This document shows positions 10,449 through 20,519 of a stretch of 64,000 bases of DNA, in pieces (position 1 is the first letter of the stretch; each line of letters opens with the position of its first letter). Under the pieces are notes generated by a model. The model did not search any database, had not been told where the DNA came from, and worked only from the letters and a program-made list of their open reading frames with translations. This DNA comes from Promethearchaeota archaeon (GTDB lineage Archaea; Asgardarchaeota; Heimdallarchaeia; Hodarchaeales; Hodarchaeaceae). Both the position numbers and the translations under genes were made by a program. Location: assembly GCA_048938105.1 (NCBI GenBank), contig JBHLMN010000001.1:224001-288000 (forward strand). Direction: 5' to 3'.

Positions 10449-12296
10449 TTATGGAGGTTTAGATACTATTTCTATCCATACGGAGTATTCCAAAGATGGT
10501 TGGTCTTCAATATTATAATACCAAACCTCGAAATCTCCACTAAAACCCTCTTTTTTAAATTGAGCCTCCTCAAAAACTTTTTGCATTGCACTATTTCTAT
10601 CTGTTTTTCTAAATTGTCCCACAATTTTCTTTATTTTCTTCTTTCTAGCAGCTTTTTGGATGAAAGCAAGCGTGTTATATTCAACTGTTTTTCCCATAGC
10701 CCGACATGAGAAAAGGAAACTGATTAATTTCCATTCTAGAAATTCATTTTCCTCGGTAATAGCAACTCCAATTAGTCCATATTCCCCGTATTTATCCCAT
10801 AAATTTGTTACAAATATCTTATGCTTTTTTGATTTATCAAATTCGATGATTTCTGATTTTTTAAATCTAGTAGTAGTAGCATTAAGCTGGTTAGTTCGCT
10901 GAATAAGCTCCGCTACCCGATCAATATCTCCTTTTGCGGCCTCACGAATCCACAACTTCATTTCAATAGATTTTAAAAACTCCTCCTTATTACCTTCAAA
11001 CGATTTTTCGCTTTTTGTACGCATTTTCTGCTGCTCATACATCTCTGTTCTTTTTATGGATTCAGATGTTATAAATCCAGGATCGAACTCAGGAAGGCGT
11101 AATGCATCTAATATAGCAGTTTCAGGATATACGGAGATTTGTGGATAAATCATTTCAACTTGATCTCTTTCAAAGGGGCTATCATCAAAGAAAGCTAGAT
11201 TTTCTATGTTGATATTTAAGTCATCAGCAATCTCTTGGAGTGATTGGACTTTATTATTCCAATTGATTCTTTTGATGGTGAAAATATCAAAGTCCTCACC
11301 CAACAGCTCATTAATTAATGGTTCAACTCCAGGTTCGTTTTTTGAGGCAATAGCAAGTATTATACCCCGTTTTTGTAGAAGTTTAAGTATTGTTATACGA
11401 TTATGATAAATACTCACCCCTTCAAGACCATCATCTTGAATAATACCGTCCCATAAGGTGTTGTCTAAGTCAACAACAACACATTTTATTTTTTTGCCTA
11501 TCTTATAATAGACTTGCAGAATACTGAGGAACTCATCACCTAGGATTGTACCCCCTGTTCGAGTGATGTGTTCATGAATACCATCTGCGTCTGAGCGGCG
11601 GATATATTGGTCTTTCCCTACCTTAGCTAATACCTCATCGACATCCAAGATGAAAACGTCTGAAAATTCTTTTGTTATCTCATAGAAAATTAAGTTCAAC
11701 CTATTAGAAAATTCAACTAAGGAATAACTGTTTTTAATCGATTGGTACTCAAATTTACCCAACGCAGGACGATAAGCTATTGGATAAGTAAAAATGATAA
11801 TTGGACCAGTTATTCCTTTTTCTCGAAGTAGTTTTATTGTTTCTCTGAAAGTCGTTTTTATTTCTTGTAGTTGTTCTTCTTGATCACTATATTTCACTTG
11901 TTTTAATTGTAATATTTGAAAATAGCTTCTGATTTGTTGGTTATGCGATAAAATCACGATATCAGGGTTGAAACCCCAAATTTCGCTCTTATCATCTTGA
12001 ACTTCAAATAATGGATTAGAAGAAGCTCCATAATCAAATGTGTGCAATGTATTAAAATCAATATTGCTTTCAACGTACTCTTTTAAGAAAGAAAGCTCAC
12101 AGCCTCCTATAAAAAATAGCTTTTTGCCTTTAAGGGCCAGTTTTAAATCAGGAGCATATGATACGATCTCGCTTTTCTTCCTCGTCTCAGATGTCTGACG
12201 TATCATAGCTAGAACTCGGTTACGGAATTTCCGATTTCTAAGAAAACGTACAAAGTAACTGAGTATCTGTTTTGTTTGGCCCATTAAAACCACCAA
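10449..12296 (-). CDS. FkbH-like protein (HAD-IIIC phosphatase/glyceryl transferase with an N-terminal SGNH-like domain and a C-terminal GNAT-like domain)
   Basis: KCVVVDLDNTLWDG, ASKN, INWNNK, FFDDSPFER, QRTNQLN, DKYGEYGLIG, FSCRAMGKTVE. Confidence 0.9.
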   Translation of the reverse strand: MVVLMGQTKQILSYFVRFLRNRKFRNRVLAMIRQTSETRKKSEIVSYAPDLKLALKGKKLFFIGGCELSFLKEYVESNIDFNTLHTFDYGASSNPLFEVQDDKSEIWGFNPDIVILSHNQQIRSYFQILQLKQVKYSDQEEQLQEIKTTFRETIKLLREKGITGPIIIFTYPIAYRPALGKFEYQSIKNSYSLVEFSNRLNLIFYEITKEFSDVFILDVDEVLAKVGKDQYIRRSDADGIHEHITRTGGTILGDEFLSILQVYYKIGKKIKCVVVDLDNTLWDGIIQDDGLEGVSIYHNRITILKLLQKRGIILAIASKNEPGVEPLINELLGEDFDIFTIKRINWNNKVQSLQEIADDLNINIENLAFFDDSPFERDQVEMIYPQISVYPETAILDALRLPEFDPGFITSESIKRTEMYEQQKMRTKSEKSFEGNKEEFLKSIEMKLWIREAAKGDIDRVAELIQRTNQLNATTTRFKKSEIIEFDKSKKHKIFVTNLWDKYGEYGLIGVAITEENEFLEWKLISFLFSCRAMGKTVEYNTLAFIQKAARKKKIKKIVGQFRKTDRNSAMQKVFEEAQFKKEGFSGDFEVWYYNIEDQPSLEYSVWIEIVSKPP

Positions 12297-13222
12297 TCTG
12301 GATGAATTAATATTTGAACTAATGAACCAGTGGTTATTTTGTCCACTACTTTGAGTTTTTCCATAAAAGTTTCTTTTTTATTATTTTTTGATTCAAAGTG
12401 ATGAAAACCACCTGCTTCTGATAAGTACTGATCATATGGAAGTTGATAGGAGGATTTCAACTCTAATGATTTCAAATCAACTAGTCTTTCAGAAACTAAG
12501 CGTCTATTGCGATATTTGTCTCCGTGAGCTGCAATCATTCGAATAGGATAAATTGACCGAAATTCTTCTACTTCCTCTAAGAATAATTTTGTAGCTTTTG
12601 TAAGATCTCCTTTTGCCTTTGTAATACTCTCATAATGAAAGCCTACAGAAAAGAGTGAGCTACTATGAAGATAATATATGAATTCCTTCGCTTCGTCGAA
12701 TGAATAACGTTCAGCACTATTCCTAAGATAATAACATGAAGGAATTTCTAATTTTTCTTCTTCTTCTAACATTCTTTTCGCCCTAATTAAACTAATATCA
12801 ACATCATGTCTTATTAGGACTAGAACATGATCTGGATCCTTCTGTGGTCTGTCAAGCCATTCATTAATGCCGATTATACGAAATTTAGGGTTATTCTTCA
12901 ATCTTCGGAGAAATTCTAAATAATACTTTAAACGATAAGAGGCATACCATCTCCAATAAATAGTAAATTGAACTCCAAAATAAAGTAGAAATAAGCCCAA
13001 AATAAGTGGAAGCAATATATTATTGCCAAATAAATAAATTAATCCATAACTACTAGTAACAAAACCACTAAGGACGAAAATGGGATAGAAAGGAAGAAAA
13101 TCAAAAAGAATTGTAGCAAAACGATAATTTTTAAAATAAACGAACCATAGAAACACACTACCCGCTAATGCAGTTATTAATATAAAGAATACCACTACTT
13201 TGTCGAGCATCGAATAAGTCAC
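12284..13222 (-). CDS. Membrane-anchored polysaccharide deacetylase-like protein
   Basis: Three N-terminal TM helices, then LIRHDVD, VGFHYE, AAHG, QILIHPDWW. Confidence 0.7.
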   Translation of the reverse strand: MTYSMLDKVVVFFILITALAGSVFLWFVYFKNYRFATILFDFLPFYPIFVLSGFVTSSYGLIYLFGNNILLPLILGLFLLYFGVQFTIYWRWYASYRLKYYLEFLRRLKNNPKFRIIGINEWLDRPQKDPDHVLVLIRHDVDISLIRAKRMLEEEEKLEIPSCYYLRNSAERYSFDEAKEFIYYLHSSSLFSVGFHYESITKAKGDLTKATKLFLEEVEEFRSIYPIRMIAAHGDKYRNRRLVSERLVDLKSLELKSSYQLPYDQYLSEAGGFHHFESKNNKKETFMEKLKVVDKITTGSLVQILIHPDWWF

Positions 13223-13321
13223 TTTATTTTCGATAAATTCAATCGTTATTAAAGTTAGTAAATTTCGGATTTTGGAATTTATCTACTTTAACTCTTCTTT
13301 TGTTAAGCATTGAAATTTTAC

Positions 13322-14185
13322 CTAAAGATGAAAGAAGAATCTCCAACCAAAATATTTCCGAACTTCCTTATCTCTCAATTGCCATTTCTCTTTTCTTGCA
13401 TGCCAATATCCTTTCAAGATTTTCATTCCTCCTTTACCTGCTAAGATCACTTTCAGTAAAAGAAGAATGGGATTATAGCCGAAATGATATGTTAAACGTC
13501 CATTTCGATAAAGATCTCTCTTAACTACACGAGTAGTAGGACGACTTGTATAAAAGTAAGTTTCATCTATTTGAGGGGTTTTGAATTTTCGAATTTTTGC
13601 TTTTGTGTTTATCCAAGTATCCCAAGTGACGTCAGGAAAGAGAGTTTGATCAATCGTTCTTAATAATGATGTTCGGATAACTTTACCTGTGCCCCGAGCA
13701 TCTTTTCTGCCCACCTTAGCCCCTATATTTATCTGTTCTTGATACTTTTCTGATGCAATACTAACTATAAGAGCACCTGAAGCACAGGCAATATTTGGAT
13801 TCAACTCCATCTTTTGAGTAATTATTTCATAATATTTTGGGTCTAGTTTGGCATCAACATCTAAAACTGAGACATAATCATAATCACAATCCTTTATCTT
13901 TACCCATGCCTTTTTTAATCCTTTTCCCAAGGTATCCAAATCGGGTTCTTCTTTCAAAGGCATGCGTAAAGGTTCTATGTTTAATTCAGAGTATTTAACA
14001 GCTAATCTTTTTATTTCTCTCAGAACTTTAGGATTTGGTGACCCATCGTCAATAATTATTATTCGTGTGGGTTTAAGGCTTTGTTCATGTAAAGATTGAA
14101 CAAGGTCTTCCAGCTCATCATATTCATTATAAACTTGTACAAAGACACATACTGTTTTTACATTAGTGGCTGTTATTATCTTCAC
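13322..14185 (-). CDS. GT2 family glycosyltransferase
   Basis: VQVYNE, IIDDGS, LDVD, RGTGK, TWDT. Paralogous in style to 9497-10396. Confidence 0.88.
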   Translation of the reverse strand: MKIITATNVKTVCVFVQVYNEYDELEDLVQSLHEQSLKPTRIIIIDDGSPNPKVLREIKRLAVKYSELNIEPLRMPLKEEPDLDTLGKGLKKAWVKIKDCDYDYVSVLDVDAKLDPKYYEIITQKMELNPNIACASGALIVSIASEKYQEQINIGAKVGRKDARGTGKVIRTSLLRTIDQTLFPDVTWDTWINTKAKIRKFKTPQIDETYFYTSRPTTRVVKRDLYRNGRLTYHFGYNPILLLLKVILAGKGGMKILKGYWHARKEKWQLRDKEVRKYFGWRFFFHL

Positions 14186-15182
14186 CTTTCGGGAATATCA
14201 GATTTTTTTGTTCATTCTTTAGTGTTTTAATGTTCCAGAAAAGAAAAACCAATCCAATACCGACTCCAAACCATAAAGTTGTGAATCGAATTAATAAGGT
14301 TAATGCTACTGATAAGGTGTACTCAATTTCTAATAAATCTATTACAAAGAATTCTAAACCCCCCTCCATTAATCCTAATCCTCCAGGTAGAAAGGATATC
14401 GCCCCTAGGATGGATGAAGTAGCATAGATAAATGTAGCCATTTGAAAACTCATAGAAATATTCAGGCTTTGAGCTATTAACATAAATGCTAAGCACTCAC
14501 ATGACCATCCAATAATACCTAAGATTGTTGCTACCAAAAAAGTCGTATAATGTAAAGTCATCAATACATCTGTTCGAAATTGATCAATATTCTTGCCAAT
14601 AAAATCCCAAGGACCAATGCGAAATATCACCGAAAAAACATGATAGAGGGGATCAAACAAAAAAACAACAACACTAAACATTACAACCAATAATATCACT
14701 AGGATGATTGGTAAATATGCTGATTCAAGCCCTAAGACCAAGATTCCAATTATTGATAATAATGTGACTGCTAATAAATCAATTAATCTTTCTGAAAATG
14801 TTGAAGCAAGCCCTTTAGAAAGCTCAATATTGTTACTTTTTCTTAAAAGGAACGCTCTTATCGCTTCACCAGCTTTCGCTGGAGTTATTGCCAAGGAAAG
14901 TCCTGCAAAAAACACTTTGAAGTTATACCAGAAAGGAATAGTCAGATTGAGGCTTCTGGTAAATAGATTCCACTTTAAAAATCGAAAAAGATAATTAACA
15001 AAACTCAATCCTAATGCAATTAGAATAATTGATATAGGTATAAAAGTCAAGTAATTCAACAACTGTTCCCAATTACTTACTAAAATTAGAATCAAATAAA
15101 CTAAAATGCCTAAAATTAGCCCGAAAGAAAAGTTTTTAAAGTTCAATGCTTTCCTTAACTGTATTTCATTCACTGACCTCAC
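14163..15182 (-). CDS. UPF0104/lysylphosphatidylglycerol-synthase-TM family flippase-like membrane protein
   Basis: RFLKW, TPAKAGEAIR, ERLID, PGGLGLMEG, RFTTLW. Confidence 0.88.
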   Translation of the reverse strand: MRSVNEIQLRKALNFKNFSFGLILGILVYLILILVSNWEQLLNYLTFIPISIILIALGLSFVNYLFRFLKWNLFTRSLNLTIPFWYNFKVFFAGLSLAITPAKAGEAIRAFLLRKSNNIELSKGLASTFSERLIDLLAVTLLSIIGILVLGLESAYLPIILVILLVVMFSVVVFLFDPLYHVFSVIFRIGPWDFIGKNIDQFRTDVLMTLHYTTFLVATILGIIGWSCECLAFMLIAQSLNISMSFQMATFIYATSSILGAISFLPGGLGLMEGGLEFFVIDLLEIEYTLSVALTLLIRFTTLWFGVGIGLVFLFWNIKTLKNEQKNLIFPKGEDNNSH

Positions 15183-15231
15183 TAATTCCAGCTCACAGAC
15201 TTTTTTACCTAAAAGAGAAAGATTTCCGCAA

Positions 15232-16293
15232 TTAATAGACCAATAACTTGTTTAAACGTGGATGATGTGCGAGTTCTTCTATCACTTGTTTTACATTTCG
15301 GGCTTTATGTTTGTGACAAACGAATACACAATCATCGGTATCGATAACTACTAAATTTGAAATTCCTAACGCTATTACTGGTTTTTCTCCGAGAATCACA
15401 CATTTCTTCACATCTATTCCCAGAAAATCTCCTTGAATAATGTTTCCATCGGAATCTGATTCTAAGATGCAGTCTAAAGAATCCCATGTACCTATATCGT
15501 CCCATGGAAAATCTCCTCTCACAACTACTAAATCGGATGTTTTCTCCATAACACCATAATCAATAGAGACTTTTGGAAGGGATAGAAACACGTTGTACGC
15601 TTCCTTTTCATTAAATTCTGACTTCCGTATTTTTTCTAAGGCTTGATAAAGAGTCGGCATATATTCACGAATTTTTTCATATAGCACAGAAGGTTTAACA
15701 ATAAACATACCAGAATTCCATAAATACCCCTGTTTAATATATTCTTGGGCTTTAATTTCATCTGGTTTTTCCTTGAAGCTCTCAACGTTATAAACTGGAA
15801 TAGGAGTTTGAACAATCTCTTTTCCAGGACTGATGTATCCAAAACGAGTTTCATTACGACTTGGTTTTATTCCAATCGTTGAAATTTTTCCTTTTTTAGC
15901 TAATTGAACCGCGGTTTTTACAACTTCTTTGAAGTGGCTTATATCTGGTAAATGATAATCCGCTCCCATAAATAAAATTGCTTCATCTTTATTTTCGTGA
16001 AGAAATTGAGCGCAAACATAACCCATACCTGCTGCAGAATCACGACCCATTGGTTCTACTATCATTCTTACTTGTGGTAGTTGTTCTTGGATAATTGGTA
16101 AAAATTCTCTTCGTATAGACACTGATGTGTTCTTCTCTCCGGCAATTTGACAAGCAATCTTGAAAGTTCGTTGAATCAAAGATTCTTTTCCATCAAGAGA
16201 GATGAATTGTTTAGGTTTATTCTTACGTGATTTTGGCCATAACCGCTCTCCTCCTCCCCCAGCTAAAATTACTATATAAACCACTGGTTTCAC
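15232..16293 (-). CDS. manC: Mannose-1-phosphate guanylyltransferase
   Basis: ILAGGGGERLWPKSRKNKPKQF, EPMGRDSA, FKEKPD, WNSGMF, SIDYGVMEK, WDDIGTW. Confidence 0.93.
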   Translation of the reverse strand: MKPVVYIVILAGGGGERLWPKSRKNKPKQFISLDGKESLIQRTFKIACQIAGEKNTSVSIRREFLPIIQEQLPQVRMIVEPMGRDSAAGMGYVCAQFLHENKDEAILFMGADYHLPDISHFKEVVKTAVQLAKKGKISTIGIKPSRNETRFGYISPGKEIVQTPIPVYNVESFKEKPDEIKAQEYIKQGYLWNSGMFIVKPSVLYEKIREYMPTLYQALEKIRKSEFNEKEAYNVFLSLPKVSIDYGVMEKTSDLVVVRGDFPWDDIGTWDSLDCILESDSDGNIIQGDFLGIDVKKCVILGEKPVIALGISNLVVIDTDDCVFVCHKHKARNVKQVIEELAHHPRLNKLLVY

Positions 16294-16407
16294 CTTATTC
16301 TTACAGAAATGTCAGATATTTTCCTTTCTTTTTTTAAAATTGCCATTGAATTCATTGAGAGCTAATCAATATTTTGATCACTCCAATTTTACTCCTCAAG
16401 CTAATTT

Positions 16408-16782
16408 TCAAAGAATATGAAGATTTACTAGTCGGATCAGCTCTTTAGAACTAAAAGGTTTAGTGATATATTCAACAGCTCCAGCTTGTAGTCCTAATTC
16501 TATATCATGACTTAGAACCTTGGCAGAAAAAATGATAATTGGAATATGTTTGTATTTTTCATCCTTCTTCAGATGGTGACATACATCAAGTCCAGATAAT
16601 CCGCCAGGCATTTTAATGTCTAATAATATTAAATTAGGCATCTTCTGAACTTCTTTAAGGGCTTCTTTTCCATTTGATGCTTCCCAAATTTCGAATCCTT
16701 CATATTCTAAAATTGTACGGAGTAGCCCGAGTGTATCGACTTCATCATCGACGACTAAAATGCTCTTTTTTCCGCTAGGCAT
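16408..16782 (-). CDS. Single-domain response regulator (REC)
   Basis: ILVVDDE, LILLDIKMPG, FSA, YITKPF. Start set at MPSGKK. Confidence 0.92.
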   Translation of the reverse strand: MPSGKKSILVVDDEVDTLGLLRTILEYEGFEIWEASNGKEALKEVQKMPNLILLDIKMPGGLSGLDVCHHLKKDEKYKHIPIIIFSAKVLSHDIELGLQAGAVEYITKPFSSKELIRLVNLHIL

Positions 16783-17205
16783 TGTTAAAAACCGAATTGA
16801 GTATTTTTTTCGGAAACACGAGTAAATATAATTCACTTTTAAAAAGGGTATATACATAATATCAAAGCTTAGGAATCTCAAACTCAACTAAGAGGAGGTG
16901 TTTGAAGAGATTATTTCACTCTTGCATCGTTATTCTATTAAGCTTTATAGAAAATAGCGAATTAAAACCTTGAAATTGAACTCAGTTCAACTCCTAGCTG
17001 ACAGAGCTGAAGAAATAGTACCTATGGATTAAAAAAAACAGGAATGACCTGAATAGTTTTCTTTTAAAAGGTTGATTTCTTAGATGGTTATAAAAAAGTG
17101 TCTGATTTTTTCTTGATCAATAGTTACTCCTCAGGAAAAACCTAGCTATTCTGAAAGTCATCAAAAGGGATATTACTTGACTAAAAAAGATGTTGTGTAG
17201 ATATG

Positions 17206-18366
17206 TTAACAGAGAAGATTATATAATGTCCCACGTTCACATGAAGTTCTTTGAAGTTGATGAATACTCATCTGAAATTTTTCAGGAGTAGCAAGCTGTC
17301 CAAATACTCCACCAGCAGAACGAGTGATATTTTCCTCAAATAATGTTCCGCCAAAATCATTACAACCAGTTGTTAATGTGATTTGAGCCATTGGAAACCC
17401 TAATTTTACCCAAGACGTTTGAATGTTCTTAAATAAATCTCCTAAATACAATCTGGAGACAGCATAGAATTTTATATAGTCCAAACTACTTAATTCATGA
17501 AAAGAATGAGTCTGCTTTAATTGTGTATTTTCCGCAATGAATGGGAGAGGAATGAATTCTGTAAAACCATTGGTTTTTTCCTGTATCATTCGTAATATTG
17601 AGAGATGACGAACCCAATGATGATAATTTTCAATATGACCAAAAAGAATTGTGGCTGTTGTAGGAATCCCCAGCTGATGAGATAATTCTATAGTATGAAT
17701 CCATTCAGAACTACTCAATTTATGAGGACATATGATTTTTCGAATATTATCATCTAGAATCTCGGCTGCTGTTCCAGGTACGGATCCTAGTCCCTGTTTT
17801 TTGAATTCCAGCAAAACATCTTCAACATCTTCTTCTATAGAATTAGCTGCATGAGTAATTTCTTGAGGAGAAAACGCATGAATATGAAGAGTAGGATCAA
17901 TCTCTTTCAGATTCTGAAGGATTTCAATGTATGCATTAAAATTCACTGCAGGATGAATCCCTCCTTGAACACAGACCTCTGTTATGTGATAAGGATAGGT
18001 CTCCTCAATTTTTTTTCTGAGGCCCTCCATTGAAATATCGAAATATCCATCTTTTGAATTAGGAGGTACAGAATATGCACAAAACAAACAGTTATTTGAA
18101 CATACATTAGTAAAGTTAATATTACGGTTAACAACATATGTTACTATAGATCCTACCTGACGTTCCCTTATTATGTCAGCTACCTGACCTAAAAGATGAA
18201 TTTCATGTCCCTGTGCTGAAAGTAAAATGTATAATTGTTCAACTGTAGGAATCTCATCGTTAAGTATTTGTTTCAATACATTACGGAGTTCTCTTCTAGC
18301 TTTTCTTAGATCAAGCTCCTCCTGATCAGCTAGTTTCGCCGTTTTACTTAACCATCCTTGTCTCAA
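17206..18366 (-). CDS. cofH: FO synthase subunit CofH (radical SAM)
   Basis: VTYVVNRNINFTNVCSNNCLFCAY, EVCVQGG, HAFSPQE, PGTAAEIL, NIQTSWVKLG, NDFGGTLFEENIT. Confidence 0.93.
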   Translation of the reverse strand: MRQGWLSKTAKLADQEELDLRKARRELRNVLKQILNDEIPTVEQLYILLSAQGHEIHLLGQVADIIRERQVGSIVTYVVNRNINFTNVCSNNCLFCAYSVPPNSKDGYFDISMEGLRKKIEETYPYHITEVCVQGGIHPAVNFNAYIEILQNLKEIDPTLHIHAFSPQEITHAANSIEEDVEDVLLEFKKQGLGSVPGTAAEILDDNIRKIICPHKLSSSEWIHTIELSHQLGIPTTATILFGHIENYHHWVRHLSILRMIQEKTNGFTEFIPLPFIAENTQLKQTHSFHELSSLDYIKFYAVSRLYLGDLFKNIQTSWVKLGFPMAQITLTTGCNDFGGTLFEENITRSAGGVFGQLATPEKFQMSIHQLQRTSCERGTLYNLLC

Positions 18367-19492
18367 GTTTCTTAACAGAAGCTATCTTATATACTTGCGG
18401 TGAGAGCCACTCTAAATTAATGTAGCGAGGGTATACTGGAAGTCTCTCCTGCAATTGATACCCACCTTTTCGTGTAATCCGCTCTAGTTGAAAAAACGAA
18501 GGCCAATTATGATCTGGATTTATGAAATCAACAGACATAGAAGAAATTCCTCCCCAATCAGACATTCCTGATCCTATAAAACGATGTTCATGACTTTTCA
18601 CAAGATTTGGGGGGATTTGAATCGAAATTTCTGACGGGAGGATATGACGTGCAATGATGAGGATTTTTTCCATCAAATCTATTGATGGGGGAGGAAAGTT
18701 CGCCATAACACTATCTTTATGAGGTTGAAAATTCTGAATAATCACTTCCTGAAGGTGTCGATACTTCTGATGAACCTTTTTCAAAGCAAATAAACTTCTT
18801 ATTATTTCTTCTTGAGTTTCACCAATTCCAATTAAAATCCCACTTGTAAATGGGATTTTCAGTTTTCCTGCATTTTTAATGGTTGACATCCTTTTTTTGG
18901 GGTGTTTATCAGGAGAATGTTCATGGGGGAAACCCCTATGTGTCAATCTTGAACTTATTGTTTCAAGCATCAGCCCTATACTGGCTGATACCTCATGTAA
19001 ATATCTAAGTTCATCAAAAGCCAATGTTCCACTATTTATATGGGGTAATAACTCGTATTTCAAAGCTTTTTCAGCGATGAAGTAGGTATATTCTACTGTT
19101 GTATCAAATCCATGATTAGACAGCCATTTCCTTGCAGAAAAATATTTTTTCTCAGGTTTATCTCCATTTGTAATGAGTACTTCGGACACCTTATGATCTC
19201 TAGCAGCGGATAGAATCTTCTCTATCTTTTCTAATGTTAAGAATTCTTGGCCTAGAGGAACCTTAGAGCGACGAAATCCACAATAATGACATGTATTCCG
19301 ACAAAGAAACGTCAAAGGAATGAAGACATTATTCGAGAATGTAATTTTGTTTTGATAAACACTTGAAGCAATAGATCTTGCAGATTGTTTCCAAAGATTT
19401 ATTTCATCTGGATTATTTTGATGTAAAAATTCTAGTGCATGGTCAATAGTTATTGATTCAGGAGGACTAAGTGAGGAAGAATTGTGTACCAA
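18344..19492 (-). CDS. cofG: FO synthase subunit CofG (radical SAM)
   Basis: ITFSNNVFIPLTFLCRNTCHYCGF, LPHIN, PDKHP, PFTSGILIGIGE, QIPPNL, DWGGIS, ERLPVYP. Confidence 0.95.
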   Translation of the reverse strand: MVHNSSSLSPPESITIDHALEFLHQNNPDEINLWKQSARSIASSVYQNKITFSNNVFIPLTFLCRNTCHYCGFRRSKVPLGQEFLTLEKIEKILSAARDHKVSEVLITNGDKPEKKYFSARKWLSNHGFDTTVEYTYFIAEKALKYELLPHINSGTLAFDELRYLHEVSASIGLMLETISSRLTHRGFPHEHSPDKHPKKRMSTIKNAGKLKIPFTSGILIGIGETQEEIIRSLFALKKVHQKYRHLQEVIIQNFQPHKDSVMANFPPPSIDLMEKILIIARHILPSEISIQIPPNLVKSHEHRFIGSGMSDWGGISSMSVDFINPDHNWPSFFQLERITRKGGYQLQERLPVYPRYINLEWLSPQVYKIASVKKLETRMVK

Positions 19493-19644
19493 AACAATGC
19501 CTCTACTTGTTAAGATGAAATTGGGCTATTAAAACAGATATACTAATTTTATTTCAATTTTATTGTTTTAATTTACTACATTCAAATATTGCTTCAATTA
19601 CATAGACGAATTTACTCTCATTTACATTGTGGGAATCATCATTC

Positions 19645-20247
19645 TCATTTGAGTCTGTCAAAAATGTAGATACCAGCAGAAATCAGTCCTTTTCTATGAA
19701 AAATAGGAGCTCCAAAAATAGGATAGTTGATTGTGAACACTTTACATGAATATTTCAATCCCTTGAATATACATATTTCAGATGGGTAGAATTCATAGTA
19801 ATGACCTTGAAAAATGAAATTATCAACCCCACGTAACATTCGACGAAGAAAATTAAAAATTGGACGAATAAAACGATTTTTCGTTGTTGGTACAATAATG
19901 ATAACCCGACGGTTTGCTGTTCTTAACATATCCTTAATAACTGCTGAATAATTTTTGATATGTTCAATGACATCAAAAGATACAACATATTCAATTGATT
20001 GATCTGCAAACGGAATATGCGATGCACTAGCTTTGATTGCATTCTTTCGTCGCCCAGGATGGATATCAATTCCAATTACTTCTTTATATTTCTGCTTTAA
20101 ACGATTATGGCAATAAAGGTGACCTGTAACATCAATATCTCCGCAGCCGACATCTAATACACGGCCTGATCCTTTAGGAATAAGCTGTTCAACAATATCC
20201 ATTTTATTCATGCAATATCGGAGATAAATATCAGGAATATAACTCAC
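19645..20247 (-). CDS. Class I SAM-dependent methyltransferase
   Basis: VLDVGCG, GIDI, IPFADQS, FDVIEHI. Confidence 0.85.
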   Translation of the reverse strand: MSYIPDIYLRYCMNKMDIVEQLIPKGSGRVLDVGCGDIDVTGHLYCHNRLKQKYKEVIGIDIHPGRRKNAIKASASHIPFADQSIEYVVSFDVIEHIKNYSAVIKDMLRTANRRVIIIVPTTKNRFIRPIFNFLRRMLRGVDNFIFQGHYYEFYPSEICIFKGLKYSCKVFTINYPIFGAPIFHRKGLISAGIYIFDRLK

Positions 20248-20519
20248 CTTTTTTAGATTCAGTATAGGATTATTACGAACAAACAGAGTTTAATAATTGT
20301 CGGATTTAGTTCATAAAGAAGAAGTCTAATTGAGATATTGTCTGATTTAAGCCTCTGAAAAGTAATAAAGTCATCGTCATTGAAGTTTATTGCAGTTTAA
20401 AGATGATGATAAAAAAAGTTATTTGTAAAGGGACATTGAAATTTCTATCAAATGATTACCACAAACAGCGGTAGTTATAATTGATATAGTCTCAATATAA
20501 TTAAAAGAAGGAGGTAATC

